Below, one piece after another: positions 56,236 through 64,000 of a stretch of 64,000 nucleotides of DNA. Position numbers and translations under genes: made by a program. Every line of letters begins with the position of its first letter. Positions within the stretch are counted from its first letter, which is position 1. Source of the DNA: Candidatus Marinacidobacterium sp. (lineage in GTDB: Bacteria; Acidobacteriota; Vicinamibacteria; Marinacidobacterales; Marinacidobacteraceae); NCBI GenBank assembly GCA_965220965.1, contig OZ244852.1:2272001-2336000 (forward strand), read 5' to 3'. The notes beneath the pieces were generated by a model. That model made no database searches. It had not been told where the DNA came from and worked only from the letters and a program-made list of their open reading frames with translations.

Positions 56236-57512
56236 GCCAGGACGAGGTTTCGCGCCGCGAGGCGCTCACCGCCGGACTCGCCGGCGTCGGACTGGCCGCA
56301 GCCGGATCGGTGCTGGGAGCGGCCTGCGCCCCCGAAGGCGAGGCCCCCTCGGACGCCGCCGCGCCGGCCGGGGCCGGAACCCAGACCGGGCCCCGCGTCG
56401 TCGTGATCGGCGCCGGCGCCTTCGGCGGCTGGACCGCGCTCTGGCTCCAGCGGGGCGGCGCGCGGGTCACGCTGGTGGACGCGTGGGGGCCGGGGAACTC
56501 GCGCGCCAGTTCCGGCGGCGAGAGCCGGGTGATCCGGGCCAACTACGGGGCCAACGGGATCTACACCGACCTCGTCATCCGGTCGCTGGCTCTGTGGCGA
56601 GAGCACCAGGAGGAATGGGGGGACCGGATCTACACCCAGAACGGGATGATCTGGATGACCGGCGAACAGACCGAGCGCGCCCGGAGCGCCGTCCAGGTCT
56701 TCGAGGAGCGGGGCGTCGCGTTCGAGGAGATGGACGGACCGGAAGTCGCGCGCCGCTTCCCGGCGATCCGCCCCGACGGGATCGGCTACGCGCTCTACGA
56801 GGAGGATGCCGGCTTCCTGCTCGCGCGCCGGGGTTGCCAGCGGGTGCTCGAGACTTTCCTCGCCGCGGGCGGCGTCTACCGCCAGGCGCACGCAACGCCG
56901 GGGGCGATGGACGGCGGTGCGATGGGCGAGGTGCGGCTCGCCGACGGGGACCGTCTCGAGGCGGACCTCTTCGTGTTCGCCGGCGGGCCGTGGCTCGCCG
57001 AGCTCTTCCCCGGGTTCGACCCGCCGCTGGTGGCCCCGACGCGGCAGGAAGTCCTCTACTTCGGGACGCCCCCGGGGCGTTCCGACCTGACCGACGCCGA
57101 GCTCCCGGCGTGGATCCAGTCCGGTTCGGGCTTCTACGGGATCCCCGGGAACGAACACCGGGGGTTCAAGATCGCCGACGATCGTCGGGGGGCGTCCTTC
57201 GATCCGACGAACGGGGACCGGACCCCCTCGGAGAAGGCGATCCGCGAGGCGCGGGAGTTCGTGGAACACCGCTTCCCGGCGCTGGCGGGAGCGCCGCTCG
57301 TCGAGGCGCGCGTCTGCCAGTACGAGCAGAGCGCCGACGGGAACGTGATCGCGGACACCCATCCGGACGCGGACAACGCGTGGATTCTCGGCGGCGGCTC
57401 CGGCCACGGCTTCAAGTTCGGGCCGGCGCTCGGGGAGATGGTCGCCGCCCAGGTCCTGGGTCAGCGGGAGAAGGAGCCCTTCTTCTCGCTGGCGAGGTTC
57501 GCCACGGCCTGA
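56232..57512 (+). CDS. Tat-exported FAD-dependent amine oxidase (sarcosine oxidase/SolA-like)
   Basis: SRREAL twin-Arg, GAAC lipobox, VIGAGAFG, SSGGESRVIR, CQY and GSGHGFKFGP. Confidence 0.87.
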   Translation: MSQDEVSRREALTAGLAGVGLAAAGSVLGAACAPEGEAPSDAAAPAGAGTQTGPRVVVIGAGAFGGWTALWLQRGGARVTLVDAWGPGNSRASSGGESRVIRANYGANGIYTDLVIRSLALWREHQEEWGDRIYTQNGMIWMTGEQTERARSAVQVFEERGVAFEEMDGPEVARRFPAIRPDGIGYALYEEDAGFLLARRGCQRVLETFLAAGGVYRQAHATPGAMDGGAMGEVRLADGDRLEADLFVFAGGPWLAELFPGFDPPLVAPTRQEVLYFGTPPGRSDLTDAELPAWIQSGSGFYGIPGNEHRGFKIADDRRGASFDPTNGDRTPSEKAIREAREFVEHRFPALAGAPLVEARVCQYEQSADGNVIADTHPDADNAWILGGGSGHGFKFGPALGEMVAAQVLGQREKEPFFSLARFATA

Positions 57513-57604
57513 CCGGGGGGCCGGGTCCAACTCCGTCGGGAGAGCCGGACCCGGTGCGGGTCGGGGTGGCGGCGGCGCGCCGCCGCCACCCCTGGATCAG
57601 AGGA

Positions 57605-60493
57605 TCAGAACTCGATCCGGACGCCGAGGCGGAAGACCCTCGGGTCGAGGATCGCCACGATCTCGTTGTAGCGGGAGCCCGAGATCGTGCGGTAGTTGAG
57701 CACCGTGGAGCTGTTCGTCAGGTTGAAGCCGTCGAACAGCACGGCCAGGTTGGCGCCCTGCGGCAAGCTGAACGACTTTTCGGCCCGCATGTCGAAGATC
57801 CCCACGTTCGGGGCGCGATCGGGATACCCGTTCGCCATGACGCGCTCGGTCCCGGCGTTCGGGAGCCGGACGCTGATCCGGCGACCGGTCTGGTAGCCGC
57901 TCTGGAGCTTGTAGGACGCGCTGACCCCGATGTCGTAGGGGAAGATGTAGCGGCCCACCAGCTTGTAGTTCCAGTAGGTCGTATCGATCGGCCCGAGGCG
58001 GAGCGACTGGTTGGCCCGCCACTCGTAGGTCGTGCCCTCGACGAAGTCGAACCGCGCGGCTGCGCGGACGCTCGTCGAGGAAGTCGTCCGCATATAGGCG
58101 TTCGCCCAGGTGTGCAGGAACGAGGTCAGGAACATCCAGCGGTCGGCGAAGCGGCGGTTCAGCGCGACCTCCACCGTGTGGTAGTTCCCGTCCGGATCCG
58201 GCAGACCGTAGGCGCCCGGGTTCACGTACATCCGGTTCTCCTCGACGCCCGGCTGCCGATCCATGAGCTGGATCAACTGGTCGTCGGAGGTCCCGGCGAC
58301 GTTGTCCGGGCCTGAGTCCTCATAGGTGTAGGGGACGCTGTAGGCGAAGGCCCGGTTCAGGTCCACGATCCCGTAGCCGTTCCTCGAGTTCTTGTGGACG
58401 TAGGAGCCGCGGAACGAGAAGTTGTCGGCGAGCTGCTGCTCGAAGTGCGCCGACATCTCGTGTCCGTAGGCGTTCGTGAGGTTCGGGTCGACGGTCACGA
58501 AGCCGGCGCCGCCGAGCGTGCTCAGCTTGTCGCCCAGCTCCGGCGAGTCGGCGAGCCCACCGCTCGGACCGGGATCGACCAGCCCGTTCCCGTTCAGGTC
58601 GTTGAAGTCGTAGCGGAACGCCGCCTGGCCCACCGGGTTCTCGTCGTCCACGATCGTCGTGCTCGGGTTCCAGTAGAAGCGCCCGTAGAACAGCTTGAGC
58701 ACCGTCTGGCCTTCACCGGTCAGATCGAAGGCGGCGCCGAGGCGGGGCCCGATGTTCGACATCGTGAGGACGTCGCGCTGCGAGACCTGGAGCGCCGGGA
58801 AGATGTCCGAGTGGGTGGGTGACATCTCCTGGTCCGGCCAGCCCATGACGTAGCGGTCGAAGCGGGCGCCGAGGTTCAGCGTCAGGCGGTTGTTGATCGT
58901 CCACGAGTCCTGGATGTAGGCCGCCGTCAGCAGGATGTCGTTCACCCCGGTGTTCGGGGTGTTGTAGATGTCCACTTCGGAGGGAACGCCCTCGCGATCC
59001 CGGTAGAAGATGTCCCCCGGCTGCATCCGCAGGAAGCTGCGGCGCTCCCGGTAGATCTCTGTCCCCAGCTTGATCGTGTGCTGGCCGCCCCAGTCGTCGG
59101 CGAACCAGGTCAGGTTGCCGGAGAGCTGTGGCTTCGTGACTCGCCGCAGGTGGTAGTAGTTGTTGGCGTTCGTCAGGTCGCCGGTGGTGAGCTCGGTCCT
59201 TCCGGCGGGAAGTCCCTCCACGCTCTCGGTCTGGGTCAACTGGTGGAAGAGCGGGAACTGGTTGATCCAGTGGCTGAGCTGCAGGTTCAGGAAGACCTGA
59301 TCGGTGACTACGTTGGTGTACTCGAGCTTCATCGGCTTGTTGACCGAACTCTGGTACCAGGAAGCATCGAGCGGCACCGACGGCCCGAGGTTGCGTTCCG
59401 CCTGGAGCTTCGTCCGGCGGTTGAAGAAGCCGATGAGCTGGCTCGAGTCGGTGAGCTGGTAGGTCGCCTTCGCCGTCCAGTTCCCGAGCTGGGTCGTCGC
59501 CGGATCCGGGTTGCCGATCGTCAGCTTCTCCTGGTGATTCAGGCGGTAGCCGCCGTAGAACCAGGCCTTGCCGGGATAGATCGGACCTCCGATCCCGATG
59601 TTGATGTCGCTCTGGAGGGTGATCGGGTTGCCCGCCTCGAGGCCGCTCCCTCCGGCCTTGTAGGGCCCCTGGGTCCCGCCGCCGGTCCGGAGCGCGTCCG
59701 GCACGTTGTCGCCGACGGTGGCGTCGTTCTCGAAGTCGACGTAGATGTCGCCGGTGAAGCGGTCGCCGCCGGACTTGACCGTGAGGTTGAAGAACGCCCC
59801 GAGCCCGTGGGTCTCGCCCATGTTCCCCGAGCCGCCGAGCTGGAAGTCCTCGAAGCTGCCGTAGTCGAAGTAACCGGCGTTCCCCGAGGTCGTCTCGGTG
59901 ACGTTGATGCCCTCGAGGAGCGTCCGGTGCTGGTCACCGAAGCCGAACGCCTGGAAACCGGTCTGGGTGCCGGTGTGAGAACCGCCAACGTCGTACCCCT
60001 CCATCTGGAAGCCGGGCGCCTGCGCCATCGCGGCCCAGATGTCCCGCGCGTTCGGGATGTCCTCGAGGAGCTCCTCGGTGAAGTTCACGCCGGTGGCGGT
60101 CGTCTTGACATCCACCACCGGGGCCTCGCCGGTGATCGTGATGACCTCCTCGAGTCCGCCGACCTCGAGGGTGGCGTTCACCGTGAGCGTCGTGTTCAGC
60201 GTCATCCGGATGTCCTCGCGGACCACCGAGCGGAAGCCCGAGAGCGCGAACGTCACGGTGTAGACGCCGGTGGGGAGCGCCGGAAACGCGTAGGTCCCCT
60301 GGCTCCCGGTCACGACCGTCTGGTCCTGGATCAGCGCGGTGCTCGACGCCGTCACCGACGCTCCGGGAATGACCGCCCCGGTTGCGTCGCTCACCGTGCC
60401 GACGAGCCGGCCCCGCAACTCCTGCGCGCCGGCGGGCGCGGCAAGCGCCACCGCAATCCCGAGGATCGCGAGCCTGGTAAATCGTCTGCGCAT
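57605..60493 (-). CDS. TonB-dependent receptor, Oar-like, with carboxypeptidase-regulatory N-domain
   Basis: G.V.D.TGAVIPGA.V, L..G.Y.V...L.GF, KSGG..F.G, QDSW...RLTLNLG.R and PR...LG.R.EF. Confidence 0.9.
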   Translation of the reverse strand: MRRRFTRLAILGIAVALAAPAGAQELRGRLVGTVSDATGAVIPGASVTASSTALIQDQTVVTGSQGTYAFPALPTGVYTVTFALSGFRSVVREDIRMTLNTTLTVNATLEVGGLEEVITITGEAPVVDVKTTATGVNFTEELLEDIPNARDIWAAMAQAPGFQMEGYDVGGSHTGTQTGFQAFGFGDQHRTLLEGINVTETTSGNAGYFDYGSFEDFQLGGSGNMGETHGLGAFFNLTVKSGGDRFTGDIYVDFENDATVGDNVPDALRTGGGTQGPYKAGGSGLEAGNPITLQSDINIGIGGPIYPGKAWFYGGYRLNHQEKLTIGNPDPATTQLGNWTAKATYQLTDSSQLIGFFNRRTKLQAERNLGPSVPLDASWYQSSVNKPMKLEYTNVVTDQVFLNLQLSHWINQFPLFHQLTQTESVEGLPAGRTELTTGDLTNANNYYHLRRVTKPQLSGNLTWFADDWGGQHTIKLGTEIYRERRSFLRMQPGDIFYRDREGVPSEVDIYNTPNTGVNDILLTAAYIQDSWTINNRLTLNLGARFDRYVMGWPDQEMSPTHSDIFPALQVSQRDVLTMSNIGPRLGAAFDLTGEGQTVLKLFYGRFYWNPSTTIVDDENPVGQAAFRYDFNDLNGNGLVDPGPSGGLADSPELGDKLSTLGGAGFVTVDPNLTNAYGHEMSAHFEQQLADNFSFRGSYVHKNSRNGYGIVDLNRAFAYSVPYTYEDSGPDNVAGTSDDQLIQLMDRQPGVEENRMYVNPGAYGLPDPDGNYHTVEVALNRRFADRWMFLTSFLHTWANAYMRTTSSTSVRAAARFDFVEGTTYEWRANQSLRLGPIDTTYWNYKLVGRYIFPYDIGVSASYKLQSGYQTGRRISVRLPNAGTERVMANGYPDRAPNVGIFDMRAEKSFSLPQGANLAVLFDGFNLTNSSTVLNYRTISGSRYNEIVAILDPRVFRLGVRIEF

Positions 60494-60643
60494 CAGTCAC
60501 CTCCCGGGGACACGAAGAAAACCGAGTATAGGGACCCGCCGGAAGGGCATTCAAACGCGGCCCGGCCGGGCGCGACCCCCGGGTTCCGGGCTGCCCGCCG
60601 ACCCACCATCGGGGCGCCGGACGCGTGCTACGTTCGCTTCGCC

Positions 60644-61717
60644 GTGAGCCACCTGCAGAGCTTCCGCGTGATCCACTACCGGGGTCTCGACGGGCTGGGG
60701 CTCCCGCGCATGGCGCCGCGCGTCAACCTGATCACCGGCCGGAACGGCGCGGGCAAGACCGCGTTGCTTGAAGCGCTCTGGCTCTTCCACGGAAGGTTCA
60801 ACCCGGCTCTCGTCTGGAATCAGAATGTTCGGAGGAGCCCCGAAGTTCCTCTCGACCCGGTGAAGGCGCTGGCCGCGAACGGGATCGAACTCGAGGGCGA
60901 AGAGGGTGGGCAGCTCTGCAGCTACCGCCTCGAGTTCGTTCCGTCCAGGAGCGCGGAAGCCCGGGATCACGGCTCACCGCAGAACGGCGCCCCGGCCGGA
61001 AACGGATCGGAAGAGGCTGCGACCAGTGTCCAGGGGCGGCTCCGGGTCTGGCGCGACGGTGAGGAACTCGGCGTACAGCAGGGGTTCGAGGTCCAGCCGA
61101 CTCTCGGGGGGCCGGTAATGCACCCCGCCGCCTCCTCGCGGGCCGGAAGGGCTCCGGGCGTGATCGAAGGGGGACTGCAGAATCCCCTCTCGCTGAGCGA
61201 CGAACTCCTGAAGCGCTACTCCGAGGTCGTCCGTTCGCGGCGCAAGGCGGAACTCCTCGATGTCCTTTCGGCGCTGGATGCCGACCTCGTGGAGATCGAG
61301 ATCCTCAAGGACGAGGCGGGGGACCGCGTGTGGGCGACAACGGCCGATGGGAGCTTCAGGCCGCTGAACGACCTGGGTGGCGGGATGGTCCGACTGTTCC
61401 GGCTCGCCGCGAGCATCGCGGGCGCGCGCGGCGGCGTCCTCGTGGTGGACGAGATCGAGAATGGCCTCCACTACTCGGTCCTCACCGGGTTCTGGCGGCG
61501 GCTGCAGCGGATGGCGAGCGCGGCTGACGTGCAGGTGTTCGCCGCGACCCACAGCCACGAATGCATCGACGCGGCCATCACCTCGTTCGGTGAGGAGTCC
61601 GAGGACCTCGCGGTTCATGGGCTCTATCGCGAGCACGGCGCCGGGCCGGTCGCCGCCACGTTCCACACCGGCTCGAACCTGGCGGCGGCGCGCGACCTGG
61701 ATTTCGAGCTGCGGTAG
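60644..61717 (+). CDS. ABC-type AAA ATPase (AAA_15/AAA_21, AbiEii/OLD-like)
   Basis: YRGL, NLITGRNGAGKT, LGGG, VDEIENGLH and ATHS. Confidence 0.87.
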   Translation: MSHLQSFRVIHYRGLDGLGLPRMAPRVNLITGRNGAGKTALLEALWLFHGRFNPALVWNQNVRRSPEVPLDPVKALAANGIELEGEEGGQLCSYRLEFVPSRSAEARDHGSPQNGAPAGNGSEEAATSVQGRLRVWRDGEELGVQQGFEVQPTLGGPVMHPAASSRAGRAPGVIEGGLQNPLSLSDELLKRYSEVVRSRRKAELLDVLSALDADLVEIEILKDEAGDRVWATTADGSFRPLNDLGGGMVRLFRLAASIAGARGGVLVVDEIENGLHYSVLTGFWRRLQRMASAADVQVFAATHSHECIDAAITSFGEESEDLAVHGLYREHGAGPVAATFHTGSNLAAARDLDFELR

Positions 61718-61838
61718 CTCGTGACGGGACCCCGGGAACGCATCGGGGTTCGGCAAAACCGGGTGCGGTGGAGGCGGCGGCAAGCGCCATCCGAAAGGAC
61801 AGGCGCCGTGGCCTCGCAACAGAGCCGCCCTGTTCGTT

Positions 61839-62059
61839 TATTTCAACTTTACCCTCCTGATTGAAATAGCGACATCCGTTATTTCAACAATCGCCCCACG
61901 CAGCAAGGCCGACGGACCCGTCTCTCCGGCGTATCGTCAGTATTCCAATATCGGCTATATTTCTGAAATAACGGCTTCCCTTATTTCAATGCTTACCCTT
62001 CTGGCTCGACGTATTTCAGAGTCACCCCGGAATTGACATAAGCCGAAGCGCTATTTCAA
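61839..62059. repeat. Array of nine TATTTCAA-like sites in three tripartite units
   Basis: Forward sites at 61839, 61880, 61941, 61982, 62012 and 62052; reverse sites at 61861, 61963 and 62033. Confidence 0.9.
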
Positions 62060-62082
62060 ACCCCGACGCAGGATCGCGACGC

Positions 62083-63255
62083 ATGCGACGAACGACCGGC
62101 GCCTACCGGGTCATCTCCACGATCGGGGAAGAAGTCCGCGCCTTTGTCCCGGCGCCCTTGCCCCCTCGACCGCCGCTCAGCCTGGACGGCCCGCTCCTGC
62201 GGACGCTCGAGAGCGCGAACCTTGCCCTCGGACGCCTGGACGGCATCTCGGCGCTTCTCCCGGATCCGGCCCTCCTGTACGCCTACGTACGCCGGGAAGC
62301 CGTCCTCTCGTCACAGATCGAGGGGATCCAGTCCTCGTTGTCCAACCTCCTCCTCTTCGAACTGGAGGAGGCGCCGGGAGCGCCCCTCGACGATGTTCGC
62401 GAGGTCTCGAACCACGTAGCGGCCCTCGAACACGGCCTCCGGCGCCTGGGGGAGGGTTTTCCCCTCTCGAACCGCCTGATCCGGGAAATCCACGGTGTCC
62501 TGCTTGCGGATGGCCGGGGCGGCGACAAGAACCCCGGCGAATTTCGCCGCTCGCAGAACTGGATCGGTGGGACGCGACCCGGCAACGCCCACTTCGTCCC
62601 GCCGCCGCCGGAGGACATGCCCGACTGCCTGACGGCGTGGGAACGGTTCCTTCACGACGAGGCGGATGGGCTGCCGATCCTGGTTCGCGCCGGTCTCGCC
62701 CACGCGCAGTTCGAGACGATCCACCCGTTCCTGGACGGGAACGGCAGGGTTGGTCGGCTGCTCGTCACGCTCCTTCTGTGTCAGGCCGGCGTCCTCCGGC
62801 AGCCCCTTCTCTATCTCAGCCTCTACCTCAAGGAGCATCGCGCGACCTACTACGAACAGCTCGACGACATCCGGCGGATCGGCGACTGGGAGGCGTGGAT
62901 CCTGTTCTTCCTGGAGGGTGTGCATCAGGTCGCAGAACACGCCGTCGCCACCGCGGACCGCCTCTCCGGGATGTTCCAGCGCGACCGGGACCGGCTGTCA
63001 CGGTTGGCGGGCCGCCGGGCAGGTTCGGCGATTCGCCTTCACGAGGCGCTGAAGGAGCGTCCGATCCTCTCCGTCAGGGCCGCGCGCGCGAGGACCCGCC
63101 TGTCCTACGGGACGGCGAACTCGGCGATGAGCACTCTCGTGCGGCACGGGATCGCCCGCGAGGTCACGGGCCAGCGCCGGAACCGCCTGTTCGTCTACGA
63201 CGCCTACCTCGCCGAGCTCGACGAGGGAGCCGGGAGGTCGACCCGGACGGCGTAG
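62083..63255 (+). CDS. fic: Fic-family protein (class II, auto-inhibited) with C-terminal HTH
   Basis: Catalytic motif HPFLDGNGRVGR, inhibitory motif SSQIEG, and E.TG..RNR.F.Y winged-helix tail. Confidence 0.93.
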   Translation: MRRTTGAYRVISTIGEEVRAFVPAPLPPRPPLSLDGPLLRTLESANLALGRLDGISALLPDPALLYAYVRREAVLSSQIEGIQSSLSNLLLFELEEAPGAPLDDVREVSNHVAALEHGLRRLGEGFPLSNRLIREIHGVLLADGRGGDKNPGEFRRSQNWIGGTRPGNAHFVPPPPEDMPDCLTAWERFLHDEADGLPILVRAGLAHAQFETIHPFLDGNGRVGRLLVTLLLCQAGVLRQPLLYLSLYLKEHRATYYEQLDDIRRIGDWEAWILFFLEGVHQVAEHAVATADRLSGMFQRDRDRLSRLAGRRAGSAIRLHEALKERPILSVRAARARTRLSYGTANSAMSTLVRHGIAREVTGQRRNRLFVYDAYLAELDEGAGRSTRTA

Positions 63256-63479
63256 CGATCGGAGTCCGGGACCAGCGCACCGCTCCCCCAACCGCCTCCC
63301 GGCCCGTGCGGAAGGTTCAGGTTCGACGGCGCCGGCCACAGGAAGCCAACCGCCCCGGCCCACCTCCGCTTCTTGCGCTCGGTCAATGAGAGATCCGGCT
63401 CGGGCGACCAAGGATCCGGAGCCCTCGCGTAGCGACCGACCGGGGTTGGCGCGAGCACTCCCGCGACCGCCGTTCTGCT

Positions 63480-63701
63480 TCACAGGTACTTCCGCGAGAG
63501 CGCCCGAAAGCGACCGTCGTCCCGCTGGGCCGGCCGGAAGCGGCCTCGCCAGCGGGTCGCGAACGAGACGGTCGGCTCGTTCACGATCTCTCGGAGAGCC
63601 GCTTCCACCAGGGAGGACAGGGACAGCCCGCGAACGCGGGCGGATCGCCTGGCGCGGTGAAGGAGATCGGCGTCGAGGGTGAGCGTCAGTTTCGCCTTCA
63701 T
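63480..63701 (-). CDS. DUF6364-like ribbon-helix-helix antitoxin (orphan)
   Basis: MKAKLTLTLD..L...AR..AR.RGLSLSSLVE and an L..KYL C-terminus. Confidence 0.8.
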   Translation of the reverse strand: MKAKLTLTLDADLLHRARRSARVRGLSLSSLVEAALREIVNEPTVSFATRWRGRFRPAQRDDGRFRALSRKYL

Positions 63702-63823
63702 CGCGGAGACCCGGGAGGGTAGGTCGTAGCCCCGAAGTGATCCAGCACCTCCGAGGGCGTGGCGCCCGGGACGACTGATTCCCGCCCGGGGCGCCACATG
63801 GCCGCGCTGGCCCCGGCGCCGCG

Positions 63824-64000
63824 CTACGGCGTCTTGACGATCCGGCCGGCGCGCATCACGAACCTCACGTCCTCCATGACGCGGATGTCCTCAAGCGGAT
63901 TCCCTTCCACCGCGATCACGTCGGCCGCGAATCCGTCGGTGATCCGGCCAATCTCGTCCTCGAGACCGAGCGTCCTCGCCGCGACGGTCATGGCCGAACG
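63824..64000 (-). CDS. C-terminus of an amidohydrolase (5' part outside the window)
   Basis: Manual translation: AARTLGLEDEIGRITDGFAADVIAVEGNPLEDIRVMEDVRFVMRAG. Confidence 0.85.
   Translation of the reverse strand, partial: RSAMTVAARTLGLEDEIGRITDGFAADVIAVEGNPLEDIRVMEDVRFVMRAGRIVKTP

Noticed and set aside
59078-61717. 879-aa ORF as a multidomain ATPase
   Set aside because: The N-terminal part is antisense to the TonB receptor; the ATPase starts at 60644.
61720-61830. GC hairpin with a GAAA tetraloop (tccgaaagga) as a c-di-GMP or other riboswitch
   Set aside because: Only isolated elements match and the consensus order is not recognisable; an Infernal/Rfam scan would be needed.
61839-62059. 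TATTTCAA array as a CRISPR array or integron attC sites
   Set aside because: Repeats are only 8 bp, alternate in orientation and mostly have 11-14-nt spacers; no cas or integrase gene and no GTTRRRY cores.
62998-63483. 161-aa ORF as the cognate toxin of the DUF6364 antitoxin
   Set aside because: No PIN or RelE motif, overlaps fic in antisense and has shadow-like composition.

Overview
Very GC-rich bacterial chromosome segment. A marine Acidobacteriota, possibly a sponge symbiont, is inferred from the Na+-NQR, an acidobacterial-type VWA gene and an Oar-like TonB receptor; the taxonomy is not verified. About 52 genes are supported. Housekeeping content: nqrAB/nqrCDEF-apbE, a mycobacterial-Sdh1-type succinate dehydrogenase operon, a heterodimeric ABC exporter, peptidases/amidohydrolases, and a metal-homeostasis cluster (multicopper oxidase, His/Glu-rich TonB receptor, TolC, CDF, ZIP-like). 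Single accessory genes are interspersed: a C5 DNA methyltransferase, an ARPP-1/DUF6569-like gene, a short DprA, a DUF4062 gene, a complete IS21 with a 5-bp target duplication, two orphan antitoxins, a DriD-like WYL regulator, an ABC-type AAA ATPase and a Fic gene. Best signals: (1) a CxxC/RAPP leader peptide whose Ala-Pro-Pro codons are a perfect 11-nt complement of the downstream TonB receptor's Shine-Dalgarno region; (2) a GACA-N5-TGTC operator found both upstream of the WYL gene and upstream of the ARPP-1-like gene that splits the nqr operon in antisense orientation 50 kb away; (3) a regular nine-site TATTTCAA array upstream of the Fic gene. No rRNA, tRNA or CRISPR array was seen. Family assignments come from motif recognition only; no database search was run.
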